From a virus (Duplodnaviria > Caudoviricetes): DNA of 33,556 nt. The position numbers and the translations under genes were made by a program. The notes below the pieces were generated by a model that was not told the DNA's origin, ran no database searches, and saw only the letters and a program-made list of their open reading frames with translations. Shown here one piece after another: positions 17,194-27,681 of the stretch (positions are counted from its first letter, which is position 1; each line of letters opens with the position of its first letter). The stretch is taken from positions 1-33,556 of the IMG/VR virus record IMGVR_UViG_3300012948_000012, one strand, 5' to 3'.

Positions 17194-18372
17194 CTAATCC
17201 TTATAGGGATCTATTTCGTTTTTAGAGGCCATAGCAACGCCTAAAGGCTTTAAACGATGTACAACCTTGACTGTATCGCGATGAGCATTTAAAACGATTT
17301 CTATGCGTTTATAACAATGGGGCGATTCATCTACATCGCCACCTCGAAGTTCTACATTAAACTTTTGCAGCCAAGCTTGCATATCTTCCTTGCGGACTTC
17401 CCCAGGCTTAATGATCTGTCCAGTCTTTCTATGTATCTTCCCTTTTGCTTGAGAGCGTCCCATGATGCGGCCAGCCCCATGAATGGTTGAGTACATAGCA
17501 GCTTTATTTTCTTCTGATTCCACTCCCTCAAGGATGTAACTAAAGTCTCCCATTGAGCCACCAACGAAACTTTGTAAGCCAGGATTGTTAGGTGTTGCTC
17601 CCTTTCGGACAACCCACACCAGCTCGTCATCGTGAGATTCTTTCCAAGCAAAATTGTGATGGTTATGCACCTCTTGTAGGATTTCGGCCTTGAGGATTCT
17701 AGCCATGCGACTACAAACCCAATCACGTCCAGCGTAGGCGTAACGACCTGCGAGATCCATGCACTTAAGATATTGTTCACCCAGGTCTGAATTCTCGTGC
17801 AGCACGACAGGTTCAGCATGTATTCCATCTTTTCCCCCAGCTTGTTTTATGAAATGCGTCGCTATGGTATGTCCCAAACCACGGCTACCAAAATGGACAC
17901 CCACCCAAATATGATCAAAATCATCGACGAAAATATCAACGTAATGGTTGCCAGATCCGACGGTTCCCAGTTGGTTATAAGCTTTTGATTTGAGATCGCG
18001 CAGAATATCAATACTATCCCAAATAGGGTCATCAAAAATCGGATGATCAACTCTTTCATTGTTATTTCTCCCAACGCCAAAACTGATGTATTTCTGAACA
18101 TCATTCATTAAGCGATAAATATCTTGTCGAACATGGTCAGCATCGGCAGATACACGCACAGCTTTATTACCGCATCCTATATCGAAACCTACGCCATTCA
18201 CGCAGATATGATCTTTGTATGATACTACGGAGCCTATTGGAACACTATAACCTATGTGATGGTCAGCCATGAGAACACCCTTTTGGGCTTTATATTCCAT
18301 AGCCTTAGCCAGTTGATTAACTGATTCCATGTCTGGTTCTCCCCAAACAAGAATATCGCCTATAGGTTGCAT
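17194..18372 (-). CDS. rtcB: RtcB RNA-splicing/repair ligase
   Basis: MADHHIGY, VGFDIGCG, LGTVGSGNHY, HFGSRG, HNHHN, RKGATP, GSMG, HGAGR, DESPHCYK. Confidence 0.97.
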   Translation of the reverse strand: MQPIGDILVWGEPDMESVNQLAKAMEYKAQKGVLMADHHIGYSVPIGSVVSYKDHICVNGVGFDIGCGNKAVRVSADADHVRQDIYRLMNDVQKYISFGVGRNNNERVDHPIFDDPIWDSIDILRDLKSKAYNQLGTVGSGNHYVDIFVDDFDHIWVGVHFGSRGLGHTIATHFIKQAGGKDGIHAEPVVLHENSDLGEQYLKCMDLAGRYAYAGRDWVCSRMARILKAEILQEVHNHHNFAWKESHDDELVWVVRKGATPNNPGLQSFVGGSMGDFSYILEGVESEENKAAMYSTIHGAGRIMGRSQAKGKIHRKTGQIIKPGEVRKEDMQAWLQKFNVELRGGDVDESPHCYKRIEIVLNAHRDTVKVVHRLKPLGVAMASKNEIDPYKD

Positions 18373-18489
18373 GGTTACTCCTTTTTTTGAACATTATCAT
18401 ATGCATCGTATCCTATCAAGCGAATATTTATTGAATAAATATTATTCCGATGTTATATAGAAGTTATTATACCTATTTAGGAGAAGCAT

Positions 18490-18729
18490 ATGATACCAAT
18501 GCAACAAGATGAATATCTATTGAAGATGGTTATGAAGAATGGTCATGTCATTTCATTAATATGTGATGTTCTTACGTTATCAGAATTAGAATCCCATCCT
18601 AAGTATCTTAAGATGAGAGATACATCGAATGATGTTTTTGTCTCTATTGAAGACATTTTAGCATTTGAGATTATAAACAACAAAGTTGTAGAACAACAAA
18701 ATGAGACCATCCCATCCCCTGCTGCGTAA
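18490..18729 (+). CDS. Hypothetical protein
   Basis: AGGAG RBS; track ORF. Confidence 0.65.
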   Translation: MIPMQQDEYLLKMVMKNGHVISLICDVLTLSELESHPKYLKMRDTSNDVFVSIEDILAFEIINNKVVEQQNETIPSPAA

Positions 18730-18919
18730 GAACTGCGAAAACTGCGGTACATTCGATGACCTGGAGTATTATGAGCATGTCTTTAAAGGGATCACTTTAT
18801 GTGGAGACTGTGCGGATTTACCTATGTCAAAAGTATCTAAGTACGGTCAGCCTTGAGTCATTGTAGATGATGAATATTATCCTAGGGATATTAAGTCATG
18901 CAAGAATCTGAAGCACTAG
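18701..18919 (+). CDS. Small zinc-finger protein (TGA=Trp at 18854)
   Basis: KNCENCGT...LCGDCAD; read-through fills the gap up to TerL. Confidence 0.55.
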
Positions 18920-20385
18920 AATTTCTTAGTGATAAAATCTGAAGGCTATCTAACCTTTATTATATCAAGGATAAGAGCGGCAACAAGGTTCTCTTTAAGC
19001 CTAACTGGGCACAGATACAACTACTTAAGCCTCATTATCTTAATATAATTCTGAAAGCTAGACAACTTGGAGTGACTACGTTTCATGCTTTGTTATTCTT
19101 GGATACATGTCTATTCAACAGCAACGTCAACGCTGCTATCATTGCAGACAATAAGCCTAATGCTAAGGAGATCTTCATAGACAAAGTTAAGTTTGCCTAC
19201 GATAACTTACCTGAGGAAATAAAAGTGATGATCCCAGCAAGAAAAGATAATGTCAATGAAATGAGGTTTGAGAATGGGTCGGTCTTTCGAGTGGGTACAA
19301 GTCTTAGATCGGGAACATTACAGCTCTTGCACGTCACCGAATTCGCAAAGATCTGTGTGGAAAACCCAAGGAAAGCAAATGAAATTACATCAGGCGCTCT
19401 GAATACCTTACAATCAGGTCAATTCTGTTGCATTGAATCTACTGCAAGGGGTCGTGGTGGAGCATTCTATGAAATGTGCAAAAAGGCTATGGACCAACAG
19501 GATTCAGGTTCTCTCCTAAGTAAACTGGATTGAAAGTTCTGGTTCTTCCCTTGGTGGAAGGAACCTAGTTATTCTATAGATCCTGAACATATCGTGATAA
19601 CCAAAGAAGAGTCTGAATACTTTGAAAAGATAGAATCTGAATGTAACATGGTTCTCGCCGAGGGTCAGAAAGCTTGGTATGTAAAAAAATCAGAAACTCA
19701 AGGTGAATACATGATGCGTGAATACCCTAGTACACCTGAAGAGTCATTCATGAGTGCTAACGAGGGATTGTATTGGGGCCAGCAGATGGCTAGAGCTAGA
19801 ACAGAAAGGCGAATATGCCATGTTCCATATGATGAGCATGCAATGACTTATAGTAGCTGGGATATAGGTATCGGAGACAGTACAGCCATCTGGGTATTTC
19901 AGCTTGTTGGAAACGAGATTCACTTCTTGAATTATTATGAGAACTCGGATGAATCGCTTCCACATTATGTTAACTGAATCAAAAAGCTACCTTATACGTT
20001 TGAAAAACACTTCATGCCTCATGATGCTGCTTCTAGGGATAAAGCTACTGGTAGGTCATACGCAGATGTCGCTAGAAATCTTGGTTTGAAAATCGACATT
20101 GTCCCTATAGATCAGAATGAGATGTTTGGTATAGAGGCTGTCAGGAATGCTTTTCCTAGATTTTGGTTTGATCAATCTAAGTGTGATAAGGGTATTAAAG
20201 CCATTGATTCCTTCAAGAAAGAGTGGAATGAAAAGCTTGGGTGTTACAGAGAGAAATCTCTACACGATTGGGCTTCTCATGGAGCTAAGGCATTAATATA
20301 TGGAACTGAAGCTATACAACGAATGACCAAAGGTAAAGGTCTAACAGCTGAAGAATGGAAACATTTACGGAGAACAATGATTTAA
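18898..20385 (+). CDS. terL: Terminase large subunit, 495 aa (TGA=Trp at 18940, 19531, 19975)
   Basis: DKI-W-RLSNLY, ILKARQLGVTT, LHVTEFA, IESTA, WDIGIGDST, PHDA, HDWASH; three track ORFs lie in one frame. Confidence 0.95.
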
Positions 20386-20612
20386 TGACAAGGTGGTATG
20401 AAGATGAAAATGAAACAGAAAATGGTGAATCTTGTAAACACTGTAGGTTCTTCTTGCCGTACCTTTATGAGGTCGATGATAATGGATCTCAAGATTGGAT
20501 GGTCACTGATTATGGACAGTGTAGACGCTTCCCGCCAAAAGCGAAGGATGAAGAAACCAGTATTTACCCAGTAGTGACTAGAAACTGATGGTGTGGTGAG
20601 TTTGACATTTAA
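20385..20612 (+). CDS. Small Cys-rich protein (TGA at 20586)
   Basis: CKHCRFF...GQCRRFPP...YPVV...WCGEF motif completed only by read-through. Confidence 0.75.
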
Positions 20613-20654
20613 ACAATTATTTCGATAATTAATATCAACTCACTAAGTGATTTC

Positions 20655-22682
20655 ATGACATACCTTCCGCAAAGTAACGATAAAGTTTTCCAATTCAATC
20701 AATTCTTCTTTGATGCCTATAGAACGTGGGGTAATTATTATGCTGCTGCGTATAGGGATCTAAGATCTTATTCAGGTGATAACTGATCCCAGGTCGAGAA
20801 GACTGCTCTAATACAACAAAAGAGAATGGTTCTTGAGCTGAATAAGATTAGACGTGTTGTCAATCTATATTCAGGGTATGAAAGAGAGAATCGTCTTAGT
20901 ACAGTTGTAGCCCCTATTGAAGATTCTGACGAAGAAACAGCAGATCTCTTTAGTGATGTCATGCTGTATGTCTATGATAAAGGCGATGCTCATCATATGA
21001 TTTCTGATGCCTTTGAGCATAGTCTAAAGACAGGTTTAGCTATTATTGGTATCTACATAGACTATTCGAAAGACAAAGTGAATGGTGATATCAAGTTTTA
21101 TTGGAAACCATTCAATGCCTTGATGCTTGATCCTTATTTTACTAAGAGAGACTTAAGTGACTGCGATCAGGCTAGCACTAGAGATTTGTTATCGCGTGAA
21201 CAGGTTAAAGCTTTGTTGCCTTGGGTTGACCCGAATGAAATTGATAATATCCCAACGGGCATCAGAGATAACAAATATCAATATTTAGGAATTTATCGTC
21301 AGTACAACAGTACATATATAGCCAAGAATCTTTTGACATATGACCAGTATTGGGTAAGAGTTAACAAGCCTCAGAAATATCTTGTAGACTTAGAAACAGG
21401 TGTAACGCAAGAATGAAATGGCTCTAAGGATGAAGAGAAATCAATTCTAGAAGTCATTAGAAACAATGAAAATATCCAGTTAATCAATTCATATAAGAGA
21501 ACCATCGAGCTTAATATTATCGTTGGTGGACGCCTACTATATAGTGGGCCTGATCCTACAGGATTAGATACCTTTCCTTTTGTTCCAATCATTGCTTACT
21601 TCGAACCACTTCTTGACACGATAGAGCTTAAGATTCAGGGCATAGTCAGGTCTATTGTCGATGCTCAAAAGCAATACAATAGAAGACATTCTCAAATCAT
21701 AGATATCATGGAATCTGTCATCAACACAGGATGGGTATCTAAGAATGGTGCGGTGCTAGATCCCACTATGTTGCTACAAAGTGGTCAAGCAAGAAACATT
21801 ATAGTTAATGATGGATTCGATGTACAAGCAGATATCAGAGAAATCAATGCCCCACAAGTTCCACAAGGTTATCTCCAATACCAAGATATCATCGACAAGA
21901 ACATCATGGAGATACCAGGGGGATCAGAAGAACTACTGGGTCTATCATCGACTGGTGATTCCCAAGTATCCGGACGACTCGCTGAAATACGAGCGTCTAA
22001 CGGCCTGAAAGGTAACAGAGGCTTGTTCGACAATCTTGAGTTGTCATTAAAGCTTCTAGGAAACCTAGTACTTCAAGCCATTCAACTTAATTTCACACCT
22101 GGAAAAGTCTGAAGAATCACTAAAAGAGATCCAACACCTGAGTTTTTCTCAGGAGAGTTTGGGCAATACGATTGTGTAATCAAGCAAGCTGTACTCACGC
22201 AAACCCAGAAGGCTGCTTACTATTATCAACTCTTACAGCTTAGAGAACTGGGTATAGCCATTCCAGATGATGAGATCGTCGATGCGGCTCCATTACAAGG
22301 AAAGATACGCCTTAGGGCCAGAATGCAAGCTATAGCTGAGCAACAAGCACAGGCTGCTCAAATAGCAATGGAAACTGAGCAACGTCAAGCAGAACTTGAG
22401 CTTAGTCAGATCGAAAACAATCTAGCTCTAGCACAAGAACGTAGAGCAAGAACGATTGCTGATATAGGTCTAGCGAAAGAGAGAGAATCTGAAGTCACAC
22501 AAAACAATGCCAAAGCTCTACTTGATAATGCCAAAACGTACGCTGAAATCGAACAGTTGGATCGTGATCACTTCTTAGAAACATTACGTTTTGCACATGA
22601 GATCAAACAGGTCGAGCAACAAGAAGCCGATGTGCAAATACAAAAAGATATTAACCAATCTGAACAGCTTAAACAGCACTAA
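20655..22682 (+). CDS. Portal protein, P22-like, 675 aa (TGA=Trp at 20784, 21414, 22110)
   Basis: YSGDN-W, LNKIRRVVN, DLSDC, FPFVP, GIVRSIVDAQKQYN, Gln-rich helical C-terminus; single frame. Confidence 0.9.
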
Positions 22683-22696
22683 AATAGGAGACTGTA

Positions 22697-22942
22697 ATGG
22701 CTAAACAAAAGATGGCCTACATGACCGGATTCAATTCTGGCTATGTGCCACCAAAGGGGTCTGCTGGTAGTGAAGCCAAAGGTGCTTATTCTACACGTAG
22801 CAATCCAAAAAGCGTACCACGTAAGGGTTCATCCTTAGAAGGTGATATGGGTTATGCATATAACTCAGATCGTAACAAGGTAATGGATCTTAAGAGATCT
22901 CAAGCAATGAATGAGAATCTTAGAGGTCAAGCCGGATGCTAA
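22697..22942 (+). CDS. Hypothetical protein in head module
   Basis: AGGAG RBS; track ORF. Confidence 0.7.
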   Translation: MAKQKMAYMTGFNSGYVPPKGSAGSEAKGAYSTRSNPKSVPRKGSSLEGDMGYAYNSDRNKVMDLKRSQAMNENLRGQAGC

Positions 22943-23280
22943 TACTTCCCAAAGAAGATCAACTTAAGGCTCAAAGAGCTGCGCGTGAGGGGTTAGAGTC
23001 CCACTACAATTCTCAGATGGAGAAGATTTTAAGCGCAAATGCAGCTAAGGATGTGTATTGGATTCTTGGGAAAGTCCGTTTTCCAGAAGAAGACGGAGGC
23101 AAAATAGGCAGAACATTTCTAGAGGCTACAGACGTGAAGCCACCAGTAGTGAAGGATGCCTTTCTATACGAAGTCGATAATAAACGAGGGGTCAAAACAC
23201 TGTTATGGGTCATGCACCCTGACGGGAGCCTAAGGTTGCCTACTCTCAATAAAACGATAAGACCAAAAATTAGGGCGTAA
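22936..23280 (+). CDS. Hypothetical protein in head module
   Basis: Track ORF overlapping the previous stop. Confidence 0.7.
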   Translation: MLILPKEDQLKAQRAAREGLESHYNSQMEKILSANAAKDVYWILGKVRFPEEDGGKIGRTFLEATDVKPPVVKDAFLYEVDNKRGVKTLLWVMHPDGSLRLPTLNKTIRPKIRA

Positions 23281-23325
23281 CTGTCTGAGTCGCCATCAGA
23301 ACTGGTCGCCGCAGTGCGGGCGTTA
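23271..23325 (+). promoter_or_regulatory. Twin-hairpin candidate cis-regulatory RNA upstream of scaffold/capsid
   Basis: TCTGA-GTCGCCA-TCAGA and ACTG-GTCGCCG-CAGT flanked by GGGCGT motifs. Confidence 0.5.
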
Positions 23326-23338
23326 GAAACGGGTGAAT

Positions 23339-23968
23339 ATGAGTGAAGAATCCATAGAACAACTAGAACCTGTCGCCGAGGAACAAGTTGTTGAAACACC
23401 AGAGGAACAGGTTAGAACTGTTCCATTGGAAGCTCTAGAAGCAGAACGCAGAAAGAGACAAGACGTAGAAGCACAATACCGTGTTCTACAAGACATGATG
23501 AAAACTCCAACTAAACAGCCAGAGATAAATCATGAAGATGATGAAGAGTTTATCACTAAAGCAGAGATGCGAGAAAGGATGCAAAAAGCAACTTTCTCAA
23601 ACAAGCGAGAAGTCCTAGAGGAAGCTTTCTGCGACTCTAAGCCTGAAGCTGTGCAAATGATAAATGAACATCTAGAAGAAATAATTAAGCGAAAACCCTG
23701 ACTAGCTCAAACGATTGAATCTGCTCATAACCGATATGCTAGAGCATATGAAATAGTACAAGACTATATGCCTAAAGAAACTGCCCCATCTTCCAAGTTT
23801 ACGAGACCGAAAGATGAGGCACGGAAAATCGTAGAGAATTCCCAGAAACCTGGAAATCCTGCAACGATAGCCAAGGCACCAAATGGTAGCAATTTAGATT
23901 ACCTAAAGTCAATACAAGGGAAACCTGAGTTCAGAGAATACCGTAAAAAGATGCTGTCAGGGAGATAA
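23339..23968 (+). CDS. Probable capsid scaffolding protein (TGA=Trp at 23699)
   Basis: Acidic N-terminus, VPLEALEAERRKRQ coiled coil, position directly before the capsid gene. Confidence 0.75.
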
Positions 23969-23985
23969 CAAAAGGAACTCCCTAA

Positions 23986-24927
23986 ATGGCCAATGGTATG
24001 ACTACCACCACGCAAGTAGATCCTGAGGTTCAGATCTACTTCGATAACGTGTTGTTAGACCGTCACCAGCCGTATTTTGTATATGGCTATTTCAGTCAAC
24101 AAAGACGAATCCCTCAAAAGAACTCAAAGCAAGCTATCTTTAGACGTTTTGAGAACTTAGCCGATGCCCTGACTCCATTGTCAGAAGGTGTCACACCTGC
24201 TCCTGAACAAGTAAATAAGTTCGATGTTACTGCTGTTGTATCCCAATACGGTAAGGTTGTAGAACTTACAGACGATGTAATCATAACTGTCCAGGATGAA
24301 ACCTCTAATGAAGTCGCTGACATGTTGGCGCAAAACCAAGCAAGTACTTATGACAAAACCATAAGAAACATGTTGGTTGCTACAGCATCTCAGATTTCAT
24401 GTCTTAATGGTGTTAACGGAAACGCTATCACCGAAGTCACAGTTACAGACCTTGAGTTAGCTATTGACTATCTTGTTGGAAACAACGGTAGACGTATGGC
24501 TCCAAACATCGAAGGCCGTAACATGGAAGGTACTGCTCCAGTTTGGCAGGCTTACTGAATGGTTATCTCTACAGACCTTAGAACTAACTTTAAGAACTTA
24601 GCTAACTTCGTGCCTACAGCTGCATATCCAAGACAGCAATCTGTTCTTGAAGCTGAGCTAGGTGCATGTGACGAAGTTCGTATTGTTATGACAACTGAAG
24701 CTTTTAAGTCTACAGCATCTCCTGCGGTTTATTCTAACCTCATGTTTGCTGCTAATGGCTATGGAACCATTGCTATAGATGATCAATCTATGGAAATGAT
24801 CATAAAGCCTCTTGGAGCTGGTGAGGACCCTCTTAACCAACGTAGTACTATGGGCTGAAAGGGACGCTTAGGCTGTACGATTCTCGACGATAGTTGGGTC
24901 ATAAACCTTTTAAGCACAAGACCATAA
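23986..24927 (+). CDS. Major capsid protein, N4-gp56 family, 313 aa (TGA=Trp at 24556 and 24856)
   Basis: IFRRF..L....TPLSEGVTP, QYG, ELG...EVR, DPLNQRSTMG-W-K. Confidence 0.93.
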
Positions 24928-24937
24928 GGAGGCTGCA

Positions 24938-25630
24938 ATGAGTGTAACTAATTTTGATGTAGCAAACATCGCAGTCTTTACTTTGATTTCTGGAGGTGTG
25001 GCTTATAATATAACCCTCCCTTTCGAAGCAGATACAATAGAATGGTATAACTATACTAAGTATGGTACCAACACACAGAACCTTCAAGGAATCTGGTTTA
25101 ATGGATTCCCAGCTGGCGATGCTCTGATCATTGCCCGAGGAACAACTGACTTAACATCGACGTTAGAAACAACGAACGGTGTTACTGAGTTGTCTACAGG
25201 CACTGGCTTTACAGCTACAAACGTAACACCTACAGCAATCAACACAACTACTTCTGTAGTTACTGCTGCTAATACGTTCTTAGAAGGTCAATTTGTACGT
25301 GGTACTAACTTCAGAGCTACTCCTGTTGGAAGTGCCACGGGATGCTATGGTTTAAACAACCGAGTATTCCAAATAGGCACTGTATCTAGCACTACATTCG
25401 AATTGCTAGAACCCTATACAACTGTCAAAGCAGACTTAACTGGTGAAACAGCTTTCGTCAATAACGGCGTAGCTAAATTTAACCTGATTGGTCAAGACCT
25501 TGGCACTGTAAACCCAGCTCCAACCTTTAGATACACTTTAGGTTCTGCTGTTATGGGTAACGACAATGATGTGATCTGGATTAGAGCTATGAAAGCTAAT
25601 CAATTCACTGACCTTGGAGATGTAGCCTAA
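24938..25630 (+). CDS. Virion structural protein (decoration-like)
   Basis: GGAGG RBS; Thr/Gly-rich beta protein directly after the capsid gene. Confidence 0.65.
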   Translation: MSVTNFDVANIAVFTLISGGVAYNITLPFEADTIEWYNYTKYGTNTQNLQGIWFNGFPAGDALIIARGTTDLTSTLETTNGVTELSTGTGFTATNVTPTAINTTTSVVTAANTFLEGQFVRGTNFRATPVGSATGCYGLNNRVFQIGTVSSTTFELLEPYTTVKADLTGETAFVNNGVAKFNLIGQDLGTVNPAPTFRYTLGSAVMGNDNDVIWIRAMKANQFTDLGDVA

Positions 25631-25980
25631 TGCCCAATACCGAGCTTGGATTTGCTACGACTCAATTAGTACCTACGGCAATCACTAAAACATTGCCTGT
25701 GAGAGTTACTATAGAGGGTCATCAACTTCAAGCTGGGCAAACCTTGCGGGCAACGAGATTCTATGCGTTGCCCCTTGTTGATGCTACCGGTATGGAACAG
25801 CTTAACAACAAGCTGTTCGTTATCGGTAACATCACAGAGGATACGTTTGATTTATTTGATCAGTATGGTGAACCCATAGACGGTACAAACTATACGACAT
25901 TTGTCAATAATGGCATTGGTCAATTCAATCTAACAGGTCCTGCCTTATATACTGAAAATCTAAATACCCAAGAGGGATAA
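25630..25980 (+). CDS. Virion protein with E1-FCCH-like beta domain
   Basis: AITKTLPVRVT..GH....GQ...GMEQLNN...F....DGTNYTTF; similar to repeats in 27681-30371. Confidence 0.6.
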   Translation: MPNTELGFATTQLVPTAITKTLPVRVTIEGHQLQAGQTLRATRFYALPLVDATGMEQLNNKLFVIGNITEDTFDLFDQYGEPIDGTNYTTFVNNGIGQFNLTGPALYTENLNTQEG

Positions 25981-26429
25981 TGAAGAAACAAAAACAAGAA
26001 GAACCAGAGATCACATTCTCAGAAGAGAAAGAATATGATCCCTCTGAGTCGTTACCAACAAAACTAGAACACTTCCCCATATATAATAAGTGGGCAAGAA
26101 AGAACAAGATACCTGTGAAGGTTCCTTCAGAAGACTTTTATCCAAAAATGAAAGTTAGATTCCAAAGATTTCATCAACCTACAAATGTTCTGAAATGCCG
26201 AGTAAGAAACAAAGATATCGACTGGTCCGGTCAATTGATCCCAGGATGCGTTTATGATCTTTGTATCCCTGTTATTCAATGATTAACAAGCTTAGCCGAA
26301 CCTGTTTATGCAGAAGTAAAGGTTAAGAATGATGCAGGTGGTGGACGTTTTGTAGAAAGAACAGAAACCCAACTTGTAGGTGAAAAAGCTAGATTTAGCT
26401 GCCAGCCTATGGAATTTTCTCATAACTAG
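25980..26429 (+). CDS. Hypothetical protein (TGA=Trp at 26280)
   Basis: Read-through IQ-W-LTSLAEPVY to TAG at 26429 fills the gap to the next gene. Confidence 0.75.
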
Positions 26430-26436
26430 GTAGGAT

Positions 26437-27099
26437 ATGGCCAAGACAGCTAGTGATATTATAACCATCATGCGTGACGTCACAGGACGTGTTGACAGTA
26501 CTGACCCTCAGTTTTCTGACACGATTATGCTTGGCTATATCAATGATTTCTACACTCTTGAGATGGGTCAAGAGTTACGTCTAAAAGAGAGACGGACATG
26601 GTGGGAATTTGTTATTAATGATACAACAGCAAATCCCCTACCTGTTAATCTCCAAGAACCATTCGGTGCTCCTACAGGTGTGCAATTCACAACCATAGGT
26701 CCATTCTGTACAGCTGATGGCTTTGAAGTTTTCTGGTATGAAGATCCTGCTGAGTTCTATGCAGTATGACCAGAGACTCAAACTTATCAACCCCAGAGAC
26801 CGACATATGTTTTGTATTATAACAATACACTGACATTCAGAGGGCCACCCGATAAAGAATATGCCATAAAGATTAATGCCTATCAGGTAGAAATCCCAAT
26901 GGATCAGTTGGATTCAACTATTAATCAAGACTATCTATGGAGATACGTGGCTTATGGAGCTGCCCGTGATCTTCTGAATGACTATGGGGAAACTGACAAA
27001 GCCACACTCATAGCTTCAGCTTTTAATGATTATCGTTCTAAAGTCTATGCTAGGACTTACCAACAGCAAATGACTCAAAGATCAACACCAAGGTTTTAG
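26437..27099 (+). CDS. Head-tail adaptor / tail tubular protein A-like (TGA=Trp at 26767)
   Basis: Two track ORFs in frame; MLGYIND..., FRGPPDKEY, YVAYGAA; position in the tail module. Confidence 0.7.
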
Positions 27100-27681
27100 A
27101 TGACTTTTAACATTGTAGTCCCAGCATCTGCTGAAAGTCCTGGGGTATTTCCTGCTCAGAATAATACTAACTTTGATCGTCTTAGAGCTAATATCAATAA
27201 CGATCATAACTTTCAAAACACTAATGCAGCCGATCAAGGTATACATAGACAATGCACTATGATCAACCGTGCTACCCCTGTTGGTCCCTTAGCAGCAGGC
27301 AATGGTATCCTTTACTCCAAGAATGATGTAAACGGTAATGCACAACTTAACTGATATAATGGCAATTCCAATGTTGAGATAACACCTGGTGTGCAGCTTT
27401 TTGAAGGTACTACTCTAGTTGCTCCAGCAGTACCACAAACTGTCTTTGCTGATCCTGGATATTCCTACAATGCTACTCTATGGTACGTGATATCTGGAAC
27501 AAACACTATAAGCCTTAATTCAGCGTATCTAATTCAGCCTGGTATGGGTGACAGTGATATTGAAAACATTAAAGGACAGTCCAATGTATTTGCCTTTAAT
27601 GGAAACGACATTCAATTAACTAATAACACACTAGCCAACATTACTTACAAATGGGCTATCACAATCTCTAGGTTAACCTAA
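27100..27681 (+). CDS. Tail-associated protein (TGA=Trp at 27352)
   Basis: Two track ORFs joined by QLN-W-YNG. Confidence 0.7.

Noticed and set aside
12989-18752. Track ORFs 12989..13222, 13216..13422, 13984..14352, 17352..17828, 17797..17988, 17862..18104 and 18543..18752
   Set aside because: Overlap real genes on the other strand or frame and carry no recognisable motifs
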